In this document: positions 1 through 8,292 of the stretch, piece by piece | Position numbering within the stretch: position 1 is the first letter of the stretch | Layout of the letters: each line of letters begins with the position of its first letter | Assembly: GCA_965371515.1 (NCBI GenBank) | Contig: CBDUYR010000035.1 | Coordinates: forward strand, 1-28,464 | Direction of reading: 5' to 3' | DNA length: 28,464 nucleotides | Source: an uncultured bacterium | GTDB taxonomy: Bacteria; Krumholzibacteriota; Krumholzibacteriia; Krumholzibacteriales; Krumholzibacteriaceae | Notes under the pieces: model-generated | Told to the model about the DNA's origin: nothing | What the model saw: the letters and a program-made list of their open reading frames with translations, nothing else | The model's database searches: none | Made by a program: the position numbers and the translations under genes

Positions 1-208
1 AATCGAACCAGACGATACAGTATGTATCAACAGCAGCTGCGGCCATGAGCGTCTGGAGACCCGAATCGATGAGAGCAGGATCTCCGTCGTTCTCGACGCT
101 CTTCATGACACGCTTGCCGCTTCTGTCGATATCACGCGCCGACACGGAACCGACAAACAGGGCAAGGAGGCAAACGCCCAGTAATACTACTAAGGCTTTC
201 CTCATCAT
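1..208 (-). CDS. Secreted protein, N-terminal part only (runs off the left edge)
   Basis: Not in the ORF track; translated by hand from ATG at 208 (or 205): MMRKALVVLLGVCLLALFVGSVSARDIDRSGKRVMKSVENDGDPALIDSGLQTLMAAAAVDTYCIVWFD. It has a Sec signal peptide (RK, hydrophobic core, VSA) and a GGGGGA RBS just upstream. Confidence 0.8.
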   Translation of the reverse strand, partial: MMRKALVVLLGVCLLALFVGSVSARDIDRSGKRVMKSVENDGDPALIDSGLQTLMAAAAVDTYCIVWFD

Positions 209-368
209 TTATTCCCCCCAGCGTTAAGAGAATAAACCAACAATAATATTATCTCAGTAGTGGCCGCTGTAAGAACCGTCTGACCGGATCATGTTCTCCT
301 TCCTGCGTTATCCAGCCGGCTTGTGCAAGGTTCCTCTACCGTTTGAGCTCCAAAATTATGTCGAGTAA

Positions 369-442
369 GCCTGGTTCTCCAACGGCGGTCGGCGTAGCAA
401 AAACCTTGCGTACCACGATGGTTCGCCCACAGGGGCACGACC
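369..442 (-). ncRNA. Candidate cis-regulatory RNA resembling a truncated or variant c-di-GMP-I (GEMM) aptamer
   Basis: Minus strand reads GGGCGAACCA-UCG-UGGUACGCAAGG, compared with the GEMM core GGGCAAACCA...UGGGACGCAAAG. It is followed by stem GGUUUU/AGAACC and hairpin CCGAC/GUUGG, and lies ~20 nt after a predicted TSS. It lacks the GNRA tetraloop and its receptor. Confidence 0.3.
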
Positions 443-466
443 AGCGTCAACTCTGAGACCGTGAAG

Positions 467-496
467 ATTCTATCACAGTGGGAGGCGATCTGTCAA
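467..496 (-). promoter_or_regulatory. Sigma70-type promoter for the secreted-protein gene
   Basis: TTGACA (496-491), 18-bp spacer, TGa-TAGAAT extended -10 (472-467). Confidence 0.7.
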
Positions 497-588
497 TCGG
501 TAAATACACCTAGAATAAGGCAATTATACGGATTTGGAATAGCGGCAGCAACGTTAGCGTGCCAGAAAGAGACAGAAGGTAAAAAATC

Positions 589-2757
589 TTACTGCCCCTG
601 GTCGGCGACTATCTCGAGAAAATTACAAAATAGCCCTGAACCCCTGCTGAGGACCAGCAGGAAGGCAATTCTGTTTTTTCTCACCGACTCGTCCTCACAG
701 TTCACAAGAACCTCGTCGAAATACGAGTTCACCGCCGGTACGAGGCCGGAGAGGATCTCGACGCTGCTGTCGAGCTCCACAGTTTCGAGAGATAGCAGCC
801 TTTCGGCCGCATCCGAGGCCTCATCGAAGAGGGCCTTCTCCGATTCTTCGGCGAAGAGGTCCGGGTCGAACAAACCACCGGCAGCATTACGGCCGGCAAG
901 CTCTGCCAGTGCTGAGTCTCCTTCGTCCCGGGCTACCGGCCTTCTGAACTCCTTCGGAAGGATGTTGACGATCCGCTTCATCGCGAGGACGAAATCCTGG
1001 AGTCGGCCCCTTTCCCTCATCTCCTGCAGGCGCTGTACCATACCCTCGACCACCGTCGGGTACCGCCACGGGGCGGTCAGAACCGCAGCGACAAGGTCGT
1101 AATCGTATCCATCCCCACGCAGGATCGTGTTGAGCCTCTGCGAAAAGAGATCGACCATGCCTTCGAGAAGTTCGCGCGGGCTCCTGCCCGAGGAGGCGAC
1201 CGTCTCTTCCCCGTACTGTACGAGACCGAACGCCAGCGCCTCCGGGATCTCAAGTGGTATCTTCCCCTTCGAACAGATCCGGAGAATGCCCACTGCCTGG
1301 CGCCTCAGGGCATAGGGATCCTGTGACCCTGTAGGCTCGAATCCCTGGATGAAACAGCCGGCGATAGTATCGAGCCTGTCGGCAAGTGCCAGCACCGTGC
1401 CGGTATCGGTCGAAGGCAGAAAATCCTTCGAGTACCTGGGAAGGTAATGCTCGAATATGGCATCGGCGACCTCGTCTTCCTCGCCGGACGCCCTGGCGTA
1501 TTCCCTTCCGATATATCCCTGGAGTTTCGTGAATTCCTTGCCGTCCTTGACCATCTCGCTCGCGAGATCGGCCTTGGCCAGGCGGGCCGCACGCTCCACC
1601 CTGCCGACGAGGTCATTGTCCCCCGGTCTCCATGCCCTGCAGATCCATCCGGCCAGCGAGGCGGTGCGGCCAGCTTTGTCCGCCAGTGTGCCGAGGCCTT
1701 CGAGCCACACGATGCCGTCGAGACGTCCCGACATCTCCTCCAGAGATATGGACGTGTCCTCCCTGTAGTAGAATCCGGCGTCTTCGAGCCTTGCCTGCAG
1801 AACCCTCTCGTAACCCTTCAGTATCTCGGCCCTGTTCTTCCTCGCGCCGTCGGCGAAAGCAATGAAATCCGGCCTGAGTTTTCCGTTCTCAGACTGAACG
1901 GAGAAATAGCGCTGGTGGCTCTTCAGCGCGGTCACGATCACCTCGCGCGGCAGTTCGAGGAACTTCCTCTCGAAAGAGCCGGCCATCGCCACCGGCGACT
2001 CGACGAGGTTGGCGACCATCGCGCAGAGCTCGGCGTCTTCTACCAGCAGCCCGCCCGAATCCTCCGCCGCCTTCTTCGCATCCCTGCGGACCTTTTCCTC
2101 CCTCTCATCGCGATCGAGGATTATCCTGGCCTTTTTCAGAACGTCGAAGTAGTGATTCTGCCCCTCCAGCGTCACTTTCTCCTCGGAGTAGGGGGAAAGT
2201 CTCGTCTCAGGTACCGACGTGAGGCCTCCCAGCGCAAACTTCAGCGGCTTGTCGCCGAGCAGCGACATCACCCATCTTACCGGCCTGGCGAACCTCAGGT
2301 CTGTCGAATCCCATTTCATGACCTTGGGGAAGCGGAGAGACGATATCCAGCCGGGGACCATCTCCCTGAGCACGGCATCGACGGGGCGGCCTTTCTCCTC
2401 GACCTTGACGGCTAAGTACTCCCCCCTGTCCGTCTTCAGCCGGATCAGCGCCTCGACGGTTACGCCCTGTTTCCCGGCGAAGCCCTCGGCAGCCTTCGTC
2501 CAGCTCCCGTCGGCTGCAACAGCCACCGATACGGGAGGACCGGTAACGGTTGTGACCGAACCTTCCTGCTTGACGGGCAGCCCCTTCAGATACACGACGA
2601 GACGGTTGGGCGTGCCGGTCACGTAGAGGGAATCATATTCGACATTCAGGGAGCGCAGCTCCCGCGAGAAGGTCTCTTCGAGCTGGCGCAAAGCGCCGTC
2701 GATATATCCGCTGGGCAGGTTCTCGCATCCGATCTCGAGCAGGAAGTCGTTCTTCAT
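589..2757 (-). CDS. glyS: Glycine--tRNA ligase beta subunit
   Basis: [10 protein letters not shown] start, [28 protein letters not shown] and [11 protein letters not shown] motifs; 4-nt overlap with glyQ. Confidence 0.97.
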   Translation of the reverse strand: MKNDFLLEIGCENLPSGYIDGALRQLEETFSRELRSLNVEYDSLYVTGTPNRLVVYLKGLPVKQEGSVTTVTGPPVSVAVAADGSWTKAAEGFAGKQGVTVEALIRLKTDRGEYLAVKVEEKGRPVDAVLREMVPGWISSLRFPKVMKWDSTDLRFARPVRWVMSLLGDKPLKFALGGLTSVPETRLSPYSEEKVTLEGQNHYFDVLKKARIILDRDEREEKVRRDAKKAAEDSGGLLVEDAELCAMVANLVESPVAMAGSFERKFLELPREVIVTALKSHQRYFSVQSENGKLRPDFIAFADGARKNRAEILKGYERVLQARLEDAGFYYREDTSISLEEMSGRLDGIVWLEGLGTLADKAGRTASLAGWICRAWRPGDNDLVGRVERAARLAKADLASEMVKDGKEFTKLQGYIGREYARASGEEDEVADAIFEHYLPRYSKDFLPSTDTGTVLALADRLDTIAGCFIQGFEPTGSQDPYALRRQAVGILRICSKGKIPLEIPEALAFGLVQYGEETVASSGRSPRELLEGMVDLFSQRLNTILRGDGYDYDLVAAVLTAPWRYPTVVEGMVQRLQEMRERGRLQDFVLAMKRIVNILPKEFRRPVARDEGDSALAELAGRNAAGGLFDPDLFAEESEKALFDEASDAAERLLSLETVELDSSVEILSGLVPAVNSYFDEVLVNCEDESVRKNRIAFLLVLSRGSGLFCNFLEIVADQGQ

Positions 2758-3653
2758 CGCGAAACCTTTCTTCCAGTCTTCTTCTTTTTCCGCAGGAGAG
2801 GAAACCCGAGCCTCTCCCTCTCAGCCACATACGCCTCTGCCGTCCTCCGCGCCACGTCCCTTATCCTTCCGATGTAACTCGTCCTCTCGGAGACGCTGAT
2901 CGCACCCCTCGCGTCAAGGACGTTGAATATGTGAGAGCATTTCAGGACGTAGTCGTATGCGGGAAGTATCAGGTCCGCCTCGAGCATCCTCCGAGCCTCT
3001 CCCTGGTATTTCTCGAATATCCCGAAGTACATCGCCGTGTCGGCGTACTCGAAATGGAACGCGCTGAATTCCCTCTCGGCCTGCCTGTTGAGCTCCCCCC
3101 ACTTCACGCCGGCGTGCCACTCTATGTCCATGATGTCGTCGACCTTCTGTATGTACATGCAGATCCTCTCGAGCCCGTAGGTGATCTCGGCCGAGATCGG
3201 GTCCAGCTCTAGTCCTCCCGCCTGCTGGAAATAGGTGAACTGCGTGATCTCCATGCCGTCGAGCCAGACCTCCCAACCCAGGCCCGAAGCGCCGAGAGTC
3301 GGCGATTCCCAGTCGTCCTCGAGCAGGCGGATATCGTGCATCGACGGATCGATGCCGATCGCCTTCATGCTGTCTATATAGAGGGGCAGCACATTGTCGG
3401 GCGAAGGCTTGAGGATCACCTGGTACTGATTGAACTGCTGCACCCTGTTCGGATTCTCACCGTACCTGCCGTCCTTGGGTCTCTTGCTTGGCTCGATGTA
3501 CGCCGCCTTCCATGGCTCGGGCCCGAGGACCCTCAGAAATGTCCCGGGATTCATCGTGCCGGCTCCCACTTCGGAATTGTACGGGGTGATCACGAGGCAT
3601 CCGTTCTCCGACCAGAATCCGTCGAGGGCGGCTACCAGTTCCTGAAACGTCAT
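2754..3653 (-). CDS. glyQ: Glycine--tRNA ligase alpha subunit
   Basis: MTFQ start at ATG 3653 (the ORF-track extension to 3911 overlaps recO). Motifs [58 protein letters not shown]. Confidence 0.98.
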   Translation of the reverse strand: MTFQELVAALDGFWSENGCLVITPYNSEVGAGTMNPGTFLRVLGPEPWKAAYIEPSKRPKDGRYGENPNRVQQFNQYQVILKPSPDNVLPLYIDSMKAIGIDPSMHDIRLLEDDWESPTLGASGLGWEVWLDGMEITQFTYFQQAGGLELDPISAEITYGLERICMYIQKVDDIMDIEWHAGVKWGELNRQAEREFSAFHFEYADTAMYFGIFEKYQGEARRMLEADLILPAYDYVLKCSHIFNVLDARGAISVSERTSYIGRIRDVARRTAEAYVAERERLGFPLLRKKKKTGRKVSR

Positions 3654-3655
3654 CC

Positions 3656-4405
3656 TCAACTGACTCCTTTCAGCACCCCGAGCGAGCCGGGAAGCCTGTA
3701 TCCGTCCATGTGGTGCATCAACATACGGTGAAGAAGAGTGCCGATTTCCCTTCGGCTCTCCGCGCCTACTTTCACCCCTCGCATCCCCGCGAAACCGCCC
3801 GCCGACATCTTCGCCATGAGATCGCACGTCCCTTGCGAAAGTGCTCCCTCGCCCTCCGAGCAACCGCCGCATTCGACGGCACCACTCGAAGGATTTACGG
3901 AAAACACGCATCCCGCAAGTTCTTTTTTACACCGGTCGCACTGCTCGATCGCCGGCATCAGTCCGGACGCGGTGAGGAGCAATATCTCGAGAACGAAGAA
4001 CGCTGCCCATGGATCGAAGTCAGAGGCGAGCTCGAAGGCAAACGCCTCGACGAGATCGAAGACGACTCCCTCCTGCTCATCCCCGGCCGACGCCCTGCCT
4101 GCGAGTTCGAGACCCGCCTGAAATATGCAGAGCCTCTCGAGCCCGGCCCTGGAGGAGTCGAGCACGGGGCCGGCTGAAAACTCCTTGATCAGTTTCAGCG
4201 CCCTGCCGGGCTTGTCGTAGTAGACGATATCTCCGACGTTCCCCGTACGGAACCTGCCGTGCATCGGGCTCCTTGGTTTCTTAGCCCCCTTGGCTAGAAA
4301 ATTCGCCCTGCCTCCCGACCTCGTGAGCGCCGAGACGATAAGGCTCGTCTCTCCGTACTCCCATGTCTTCAGAATGACGGCCCTGTCCTTGAGGATACCG
4401 CTCAC
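3656..4405 (-). CDS. recO: DNA repair protein RecO
   Basis: N-terminal [16 protein letters not shown]....AKGAKK OB-fold pattern, a CxxC...CxxC zinc finger, and the usual position upstream of glyQS. Confidence 0.9.
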   Translation of the reverse strand: MSGILKDRAVILKTWEYGETSLIVSALTRSGGRANFLAKGAKKPRSPMHGRFRTGNVGDIVYYDKPGRALKLIKEFSAGPVLDSSRAGLERLCIFQAGLELAGRASAGDEQEGVVFDLVEAFAFELASDFDPWAAFFVLEILLLTASGLMPAIEQCDRCKKELAGCVFSVNPSSGAVECGGCSEGEGALSQGTCDLMAKMSAGGFAGMRGVKVGAESRREIGTLLHRMLMHHMDGYRLPGSLGVLKGVS

Positions 4406-4423
4406 CTCTCACCGTCCCGTCTG

Positions 4424-5782
4424 TCAGCCCTTTCCAAGCCATCCGAGGAAGAGTGTGGCGATCCCGAGATATACGGCTATACCGAGTATGTCGTTGAATG
4501 TCGTGATGAAGGGACCGGTCGCGAGCGCCGGATCTATATTGGCCCTCTTCAGCATCAGGGGGATGAACGCTCCCATGACCGTCGCCCACAATATTATTAT
4601 GAACATGCACAGGCCAAGCAGCAAGCCCAGCCTGATATCGCTCTGCCAGACCGTCACCGTCACCAGCAGTACCGTACCGATAACAAAACCGTTGATTATC
4701 GATACCTTCAGCTCGCGCAGCAGTTTCCCTCCCGTCTGAGAGACGCTCAACCCTCCGAGCGCGAGTTCCCTGACGACGATGGCCGACGACTGTATACCCA
4801 CGTTCCCTCCCATCGCCATGATGACGGGGACGAAAAAGACAAGCGCCAGCATCGACTCGAGCGATTCCTTGAAGTGGTTCATTATCACAGCGGACGCGAT
4901 CCCTCCGAAAAGCCCGGTGAGCAGCCAGGGCAGCCTCGCCCTGGAGAGCTTTGCCGGCGACTTCTCGTGGAACTCCTCGTCTCCGGTACCGGCCATCATC
5001 GTGATATCCTCGGTCGCCTCCTCCTCGATCACATCGATGATGTCGTCGACGGTGATCCGGCCGACGAGCCTCCCGTTCTCGTCGACTACCGGCATCGAGT
5101 AGAGATCGTACTTGGAGAACATCGCCGCGACTTCCTCCTGATCGGTATCGGCGGTCACCGTCAGGATGTCGCGGTCCATCACATCCTCGACCTTCCTGAC
5201 GGGATCTGTGATTAGGAGGTTGATGACGGGGATCGTCCCGAGGAGCACTCCCACGCTGTCTACAACGTAGATGTACTGGATGTGCTCGATGCTCTCGAGC
5301 TCGCTGCGTAACGTCGCGATCACGTCGGATATCAGTTTCCCGGCGCGGACGGTGACGAGCTCCCTGGCCATCAGGCCGCCGGCCGATTCCTCGTCGAATT
5401 TGAGGAGCTCGGAGACATCCTCGTAATCCTCGCGGCTGATCCTGCGCAGGACCTCGCCGGCCGTATCCGCGTTGAGGAGGTTGATGATATCGGTGGCGTC
5501 ATCGCTGGCCATGTAGTCGATCAGCGGCACGATCTCATCGACGGTGAGATGTTCGAGGATCTCGCGGGAGACCACTTCGTCGACCAGCGTGAGGACCTCG
5601 CTGGCCATCTCCTGCTCCATCGACTTGAGGAGAGGAACGTGGATCTCCTCAGGAAGCGCAGTGAGCACCTCGGCCGCGTCGGGCGCACGCATCCCCTCGG
5701 CAGCTCCGGCGAAACGGGAAAGGTCTCCCGATTCGAATATCTCCCTGATCGATTCGACCTTGTGATCGAGGTTCTCGTCCAT
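4424..5782 (-). CDS. mgtE: Magnesium transporter MgtE
   Basis: N domain, CBS pair (SAGGLM, GRITVDD), RLPWL, MGGNVGIQS and DPALATGPFITTFND with the Mg-binding Asp. Confidence 0.96.
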   Translation of the reverse strand: MDENLDHKVESIREIFESGDLSRFAGAAEGMRAPDAAEVLTALPEEIHVPLLKSMEQEMASEVLTLVDEVVSREILEHLTVDEIVPLIDYMASDDATDIINLLNADTAGEVLRRISREDYEDVSELLKFDEESAGGLMARELVTVRAGKLISDVIATLRSELESIEHIQYIYVVDSVGVLLGTIPVINLLITDPVRKVEDVMDRDILTVTADTDQEEVAAMFSKYDLYSMPVVDENGRLVGRITVDDIIDVIEEEATEDITMMAGTGDEEFHEKSPAKLSRARLPWLLTGLFGGIASAVIMNHFKESLESMLALVFFVPVIMAMGGNVGIQSSAIVVRELALGGLSVSQTGGKLLRELKVSIINGFVIGTVLLVTVTVWQSDIRLGLLLGLCMFIIILWATVMGAFIPLMLKRANIDPALATGPFITTFNDILGIAVYLGIATLFLGWLGKG

Positions 5783-5863
5783 ATATACCTTTACTCATAC
5801 ACGCGCACCGGGCGCTGTTCACCGGACAACAGAGTGAAGCGGAAATAGTCTACAGTCAAGGAA

Positions 5864-6523
5864 TTATTCCCACGGAGAGCCGTCCACGACAGTGTCGTCG
5901 GCCCCTTCGGCCGCTTTCCTGGCAGCATCGATGGCGGGAATCGATGAGATTATCGCACCGCCCGATATCACCATCTTCAGAGCTTCCTCGACAGAACAGT
6001 TCATGGGGATAACGTCCTCCTCGGGGAGCATCAGGAAGAGACCCGAGGTGGGAATGGGGGTAGTGGGCAGAAAGACATTGATGAAGACCCTGTCTTTTCC
6101 AGCGGAATCGCGGTAACTCCAGGTCGAGGTGACGAACCCCACCGAGTATATCCCCCTGCGGGGATATTCGATGATGATCGCTCTTCGGAAGGCCGTCCTC
6201 TTCTCCTGCAGGAATACCTCGCTCATCTGCTTGAAGGCGGTGTACATCCTGCTCACCAGCGGGATCTGGCCGATCCCCTTCTCCAGCCAGTGAATGATCC
6301 GGCGGCCGATGAAGTTCCCGGCGAAGATCCCCACGAGCAGCAGGATCATGATAACAGCGAAGAATCCCAGCCCGGGGATGTCGAAAAAGGGATACCTGGC
6401 CACGATGGGCTGCAGGATGCTGTCGACCGACATGAACAGGCGGTAGAGTATCCAGCCGGTCAGGACTGTGGGCAGCAGGATGATCAGGCCCGTGAGAAAT
6501 TTCCTTCGAAACCAGGTAAACAT
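5864..6523 (-). CDS. DUF502 family membrane protein
   Basis: FLTGL..LLP..LT, IPLV..MY...KQ, IEYPRRG, VFLPTTP.PTSG and ALKMVISGG patterns. Confidence 0.9.
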   Translation of the reverse strand: MFTWFRRKFLTGLIILLPTVLTGWILYRLFMSVDSILQPIVARYPFFDIPGLGFFAVIMILLLVGIFAGNFIGRRIIHWLEKGIGQIPLVSRMYTAFKQMSEVFLQEKRTAFRRAIIIEYPRRGIYSVGFVTSTWSYRDSAGKDRVFINVFLPTTPIPTSGLFLMLPEEDVIPMNCSVEEALKMVISGGAIISSIPAIDAARKAAEGADDTVVDGSPWE

Positions 6524-6550
6524 TCCGTATATCCTTCCAGCCGGCGCCCG

Positions 6551-7813
6551 TCAGGCGATTGAGCCTCCGTCTGCTCCGGCAAGGGTCAGAACAACCTCCG
6601 CTATGCGCTGACCGTCGAGCCGCTCGATCCTGAATGTGATCCCTTCGTACTCGAATTCCTCGCCCTCCTCGGGCACCCTGCCGAGCAGGTTGTAGAGGAA
6701 TCCCCCGAGCGTGTCGACGTCCTCCGAGGCCAGCTCCATGCCGAGCATCTCACCAAGGTCATCGAGAGAGGTCCTTCCCTCGACCACGTACTTGCCCTCC
6801 CCCACCTTCCTCACAAGAGGCGCCTCGTGATCGAACTCATCCCTGATCTCGCCGACGATCTCCTCGAGGATGTCCTCGAGCGTGACAATGCCCGAGGTGC
6901 CCCCGTACTCGTCGACGACTACAGCCATATGAATCTTCTTGACCTGGAATTCCTTGAGGAGTTCATCGATCTTCTTGCCCTCTGGAACGAAGTAAGGTTC
7001 CCGCGTCATGTGCTCGATACCCCTGCCCTCTTCACCGCTTGCGACAATCACGAGGTCCTTCACGTAGAGCATGCCGACGATGCGGTCGATGCTTCCATCG
7101 AAGACCGGAACGCGCGAATGCCCGGCGCCGGAGACCACCTCGCGGACCTCGGTCAGCGTTATCCCCTTCTCGATAGCAAAGACGTCGATCCGCGGTACCA
7201 TTACCTCTCGGACCTTCTTTTTTCCGAACTCGACAATGCTGTGCACGAGCCGGCTTCCATTGTCCTCGATGAACCCCTCGCCCGGCTCCTCGGGATGATG
7301 GATCAGCATAAACGGTGAAGCGAGCTCGCCGGGGAGATCCGGGAACACGAGCGAGATTATCCTCATCAGCAGGCCGGAGAACGGCCTCAGGAGGACATAG
7401 ACGGGACAGAACGGGTACGAAACAAGCTTTGCCATACCGGCCGGATGCCTGACCGCTGTCCCGATCCCCGCCAGGGCGGTGATCACCATTAAAAGCACGC
7501 CCATCGCAGGAACGGCAGCCACCGCGAAGTAATGCTTTCCGGCCGACCATTCGAGTATCGCGTCCGCCGTTTCGGGCAGGATGCGCGCGACGGCAACGAC
7601 GAGTGCGACCTGGACTGCGACGAGTATCATCGCCGCGTGCAGGCGTCCCCTGTGGATCATCCTCGGGCAGCTGTTAGCTCCGGACCCCTTCGGGAACACC
7701 CTGTCCTCACTCATGCGGGATACCTTCGTGAATGCCGTAAGCCCCCCCACCACGAGAAACTGGGCCACCGCCAGGAGCAGAAGCATGATTATTTTCAATA
7801 TTAGTGGTTGCAT
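6551..7813 (-). CDS. Hemolysin/CorC (TlyC, CNNM-like) protein with TM region, CBS pair and CorC_HlyC domain
   Basis: VREVMVPR, GHSRVPV, HMAVVVDEYGGTSGIVTLEDILEEIVGEIRDEFD and TLGGF motifs; hydrophobic N-terminal region. Confidence 0.92.
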   Translation of the reverse strand: MQPLILKIIMLLLLAVAQFLVVGGLTAFTKVSRMSEDRVFPKGSGANSCPRMIHRGRLHAAMILVAVQVALVVAVARILPETADAILEWSAGKHYFAVAAVPAMGVLLMVITALAGIGTAVRHPAGMAKLVSYPFCPVYVLLRPFSGLLMRIISLVFPDLPGELASPFMLIHHPEEPGEGFIEDNGSRLVHSIVEFGKKKVREVMVPRIDVFAIEKGITLTEVREVVSGAGHSRVPVFDGSIDRIVGMLYVKDLVIVASGEEGRGIEHMTREPYFVPEGKKIDELLKEFQVKKIHMAVVVDEYGGTSGIVTLEDILEEIVGEIRDEFDHEAPLVRKVGEGKYVVEGRTSLDDLGEMLGMELASEDVDTLGGFLYNLLGRVPEEGEEFEYEGITFRIERLDGQRIAEVVLTLAGADGGSIA

Positions 7814-7827
7814 GGTCTTTCGGTTTT

Positions 7828-8292
7828 TTATCCTCGGAACATCCTCGCAAGGTCCCTCTTCGGAACAATCCCCTCGAGGATCTCGAGTTCACGATTTTCC
7901 ATCATCTCCGCCTCCCCCTCATCCCTGTGCGAGAATCCCTCGAGGTGGGAGATCCCGTGAGCGACGAGCCTGAGCAGGTACGCCCGCCTCGAAACGTCCA
8001 GCCTCACAGCCGAAGCGGAAAGCCTCTTCCAGCAGATCAATATCTCCCCCGCGGCCCCCTCGCCCAGTGGAGAGGGATCGTCGTCGTACACGAATGTGAG
8101 GATCTCTGGCGCGCCCCTTCGTCCCTTGTATTCCCGATTGAGGCAGGCCATACGCCTCTCGCCGACCAGCGTGACGTCGACCTGCCGGTCGTCGGCGCCT
8201 CTTGAGCCCAGAGTCTCCACCAGGCCGGCGACCCGGTCAAACTCGCTTTTTCCTGTTACCGACGGATTGCTGCTGCCTGCCGTTATTCTCAC
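7828..8292 (-). CDS. ybeY: rRNA maturation RNase YbeY (divergent)
   Basis: LNREYKG...EILTF, GEILI and HGISHLEGFSH (HxxxHxxxxxH); lies in the phoH-HD-ybeY-corC context. The GTG start overlaps the end of the HD gene. Confidence 0.85.
   Translation of the reverse strand: MRITAGSSNPSVTGKSEFDRVAGLVETLGSRGADDRQVDVTLVGERRMACLNREYKGRRGAPEILTFVYDDDPSPLGEGAAGEILICWKRLSASAVRLDVSRRAYLLRLVAHGISHLEGFSHRDEGEAEMMENRELEILEGIVPKRDLARMFRG

Noticed and set aside
547..564. TGGCAC...TTGCT on the minus strand resembling a sigma54 promoter
   Set aside because: The spacing is GG-N12-GC, whereas sigma54 needs N10.
1447..2415. Long plus-strand ORFs antisense to real genes (also 17220-18266, 18604-19518, 19673-20593, 26039-26926)
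   Set aside because: These are shadow ORFs typical of high-GC coding DNA, with no recognisable motifs, lying opposite well-supported genes.
3654..3911. 86-codon N-terminal extension of glyQ in the ORF track
   Set aside because: It overlaps recO in another frame; GlyQ homology begins at MTFQ (3653), which has its own SD.
5783..5863. Possible Mg2+ (M-box) riboswitch or promoter upstream of mgtE
   Set aside because: The gap is only 81 nt, too short for an M-box. TTGACT is followed by a poor -10 (CACTCT).
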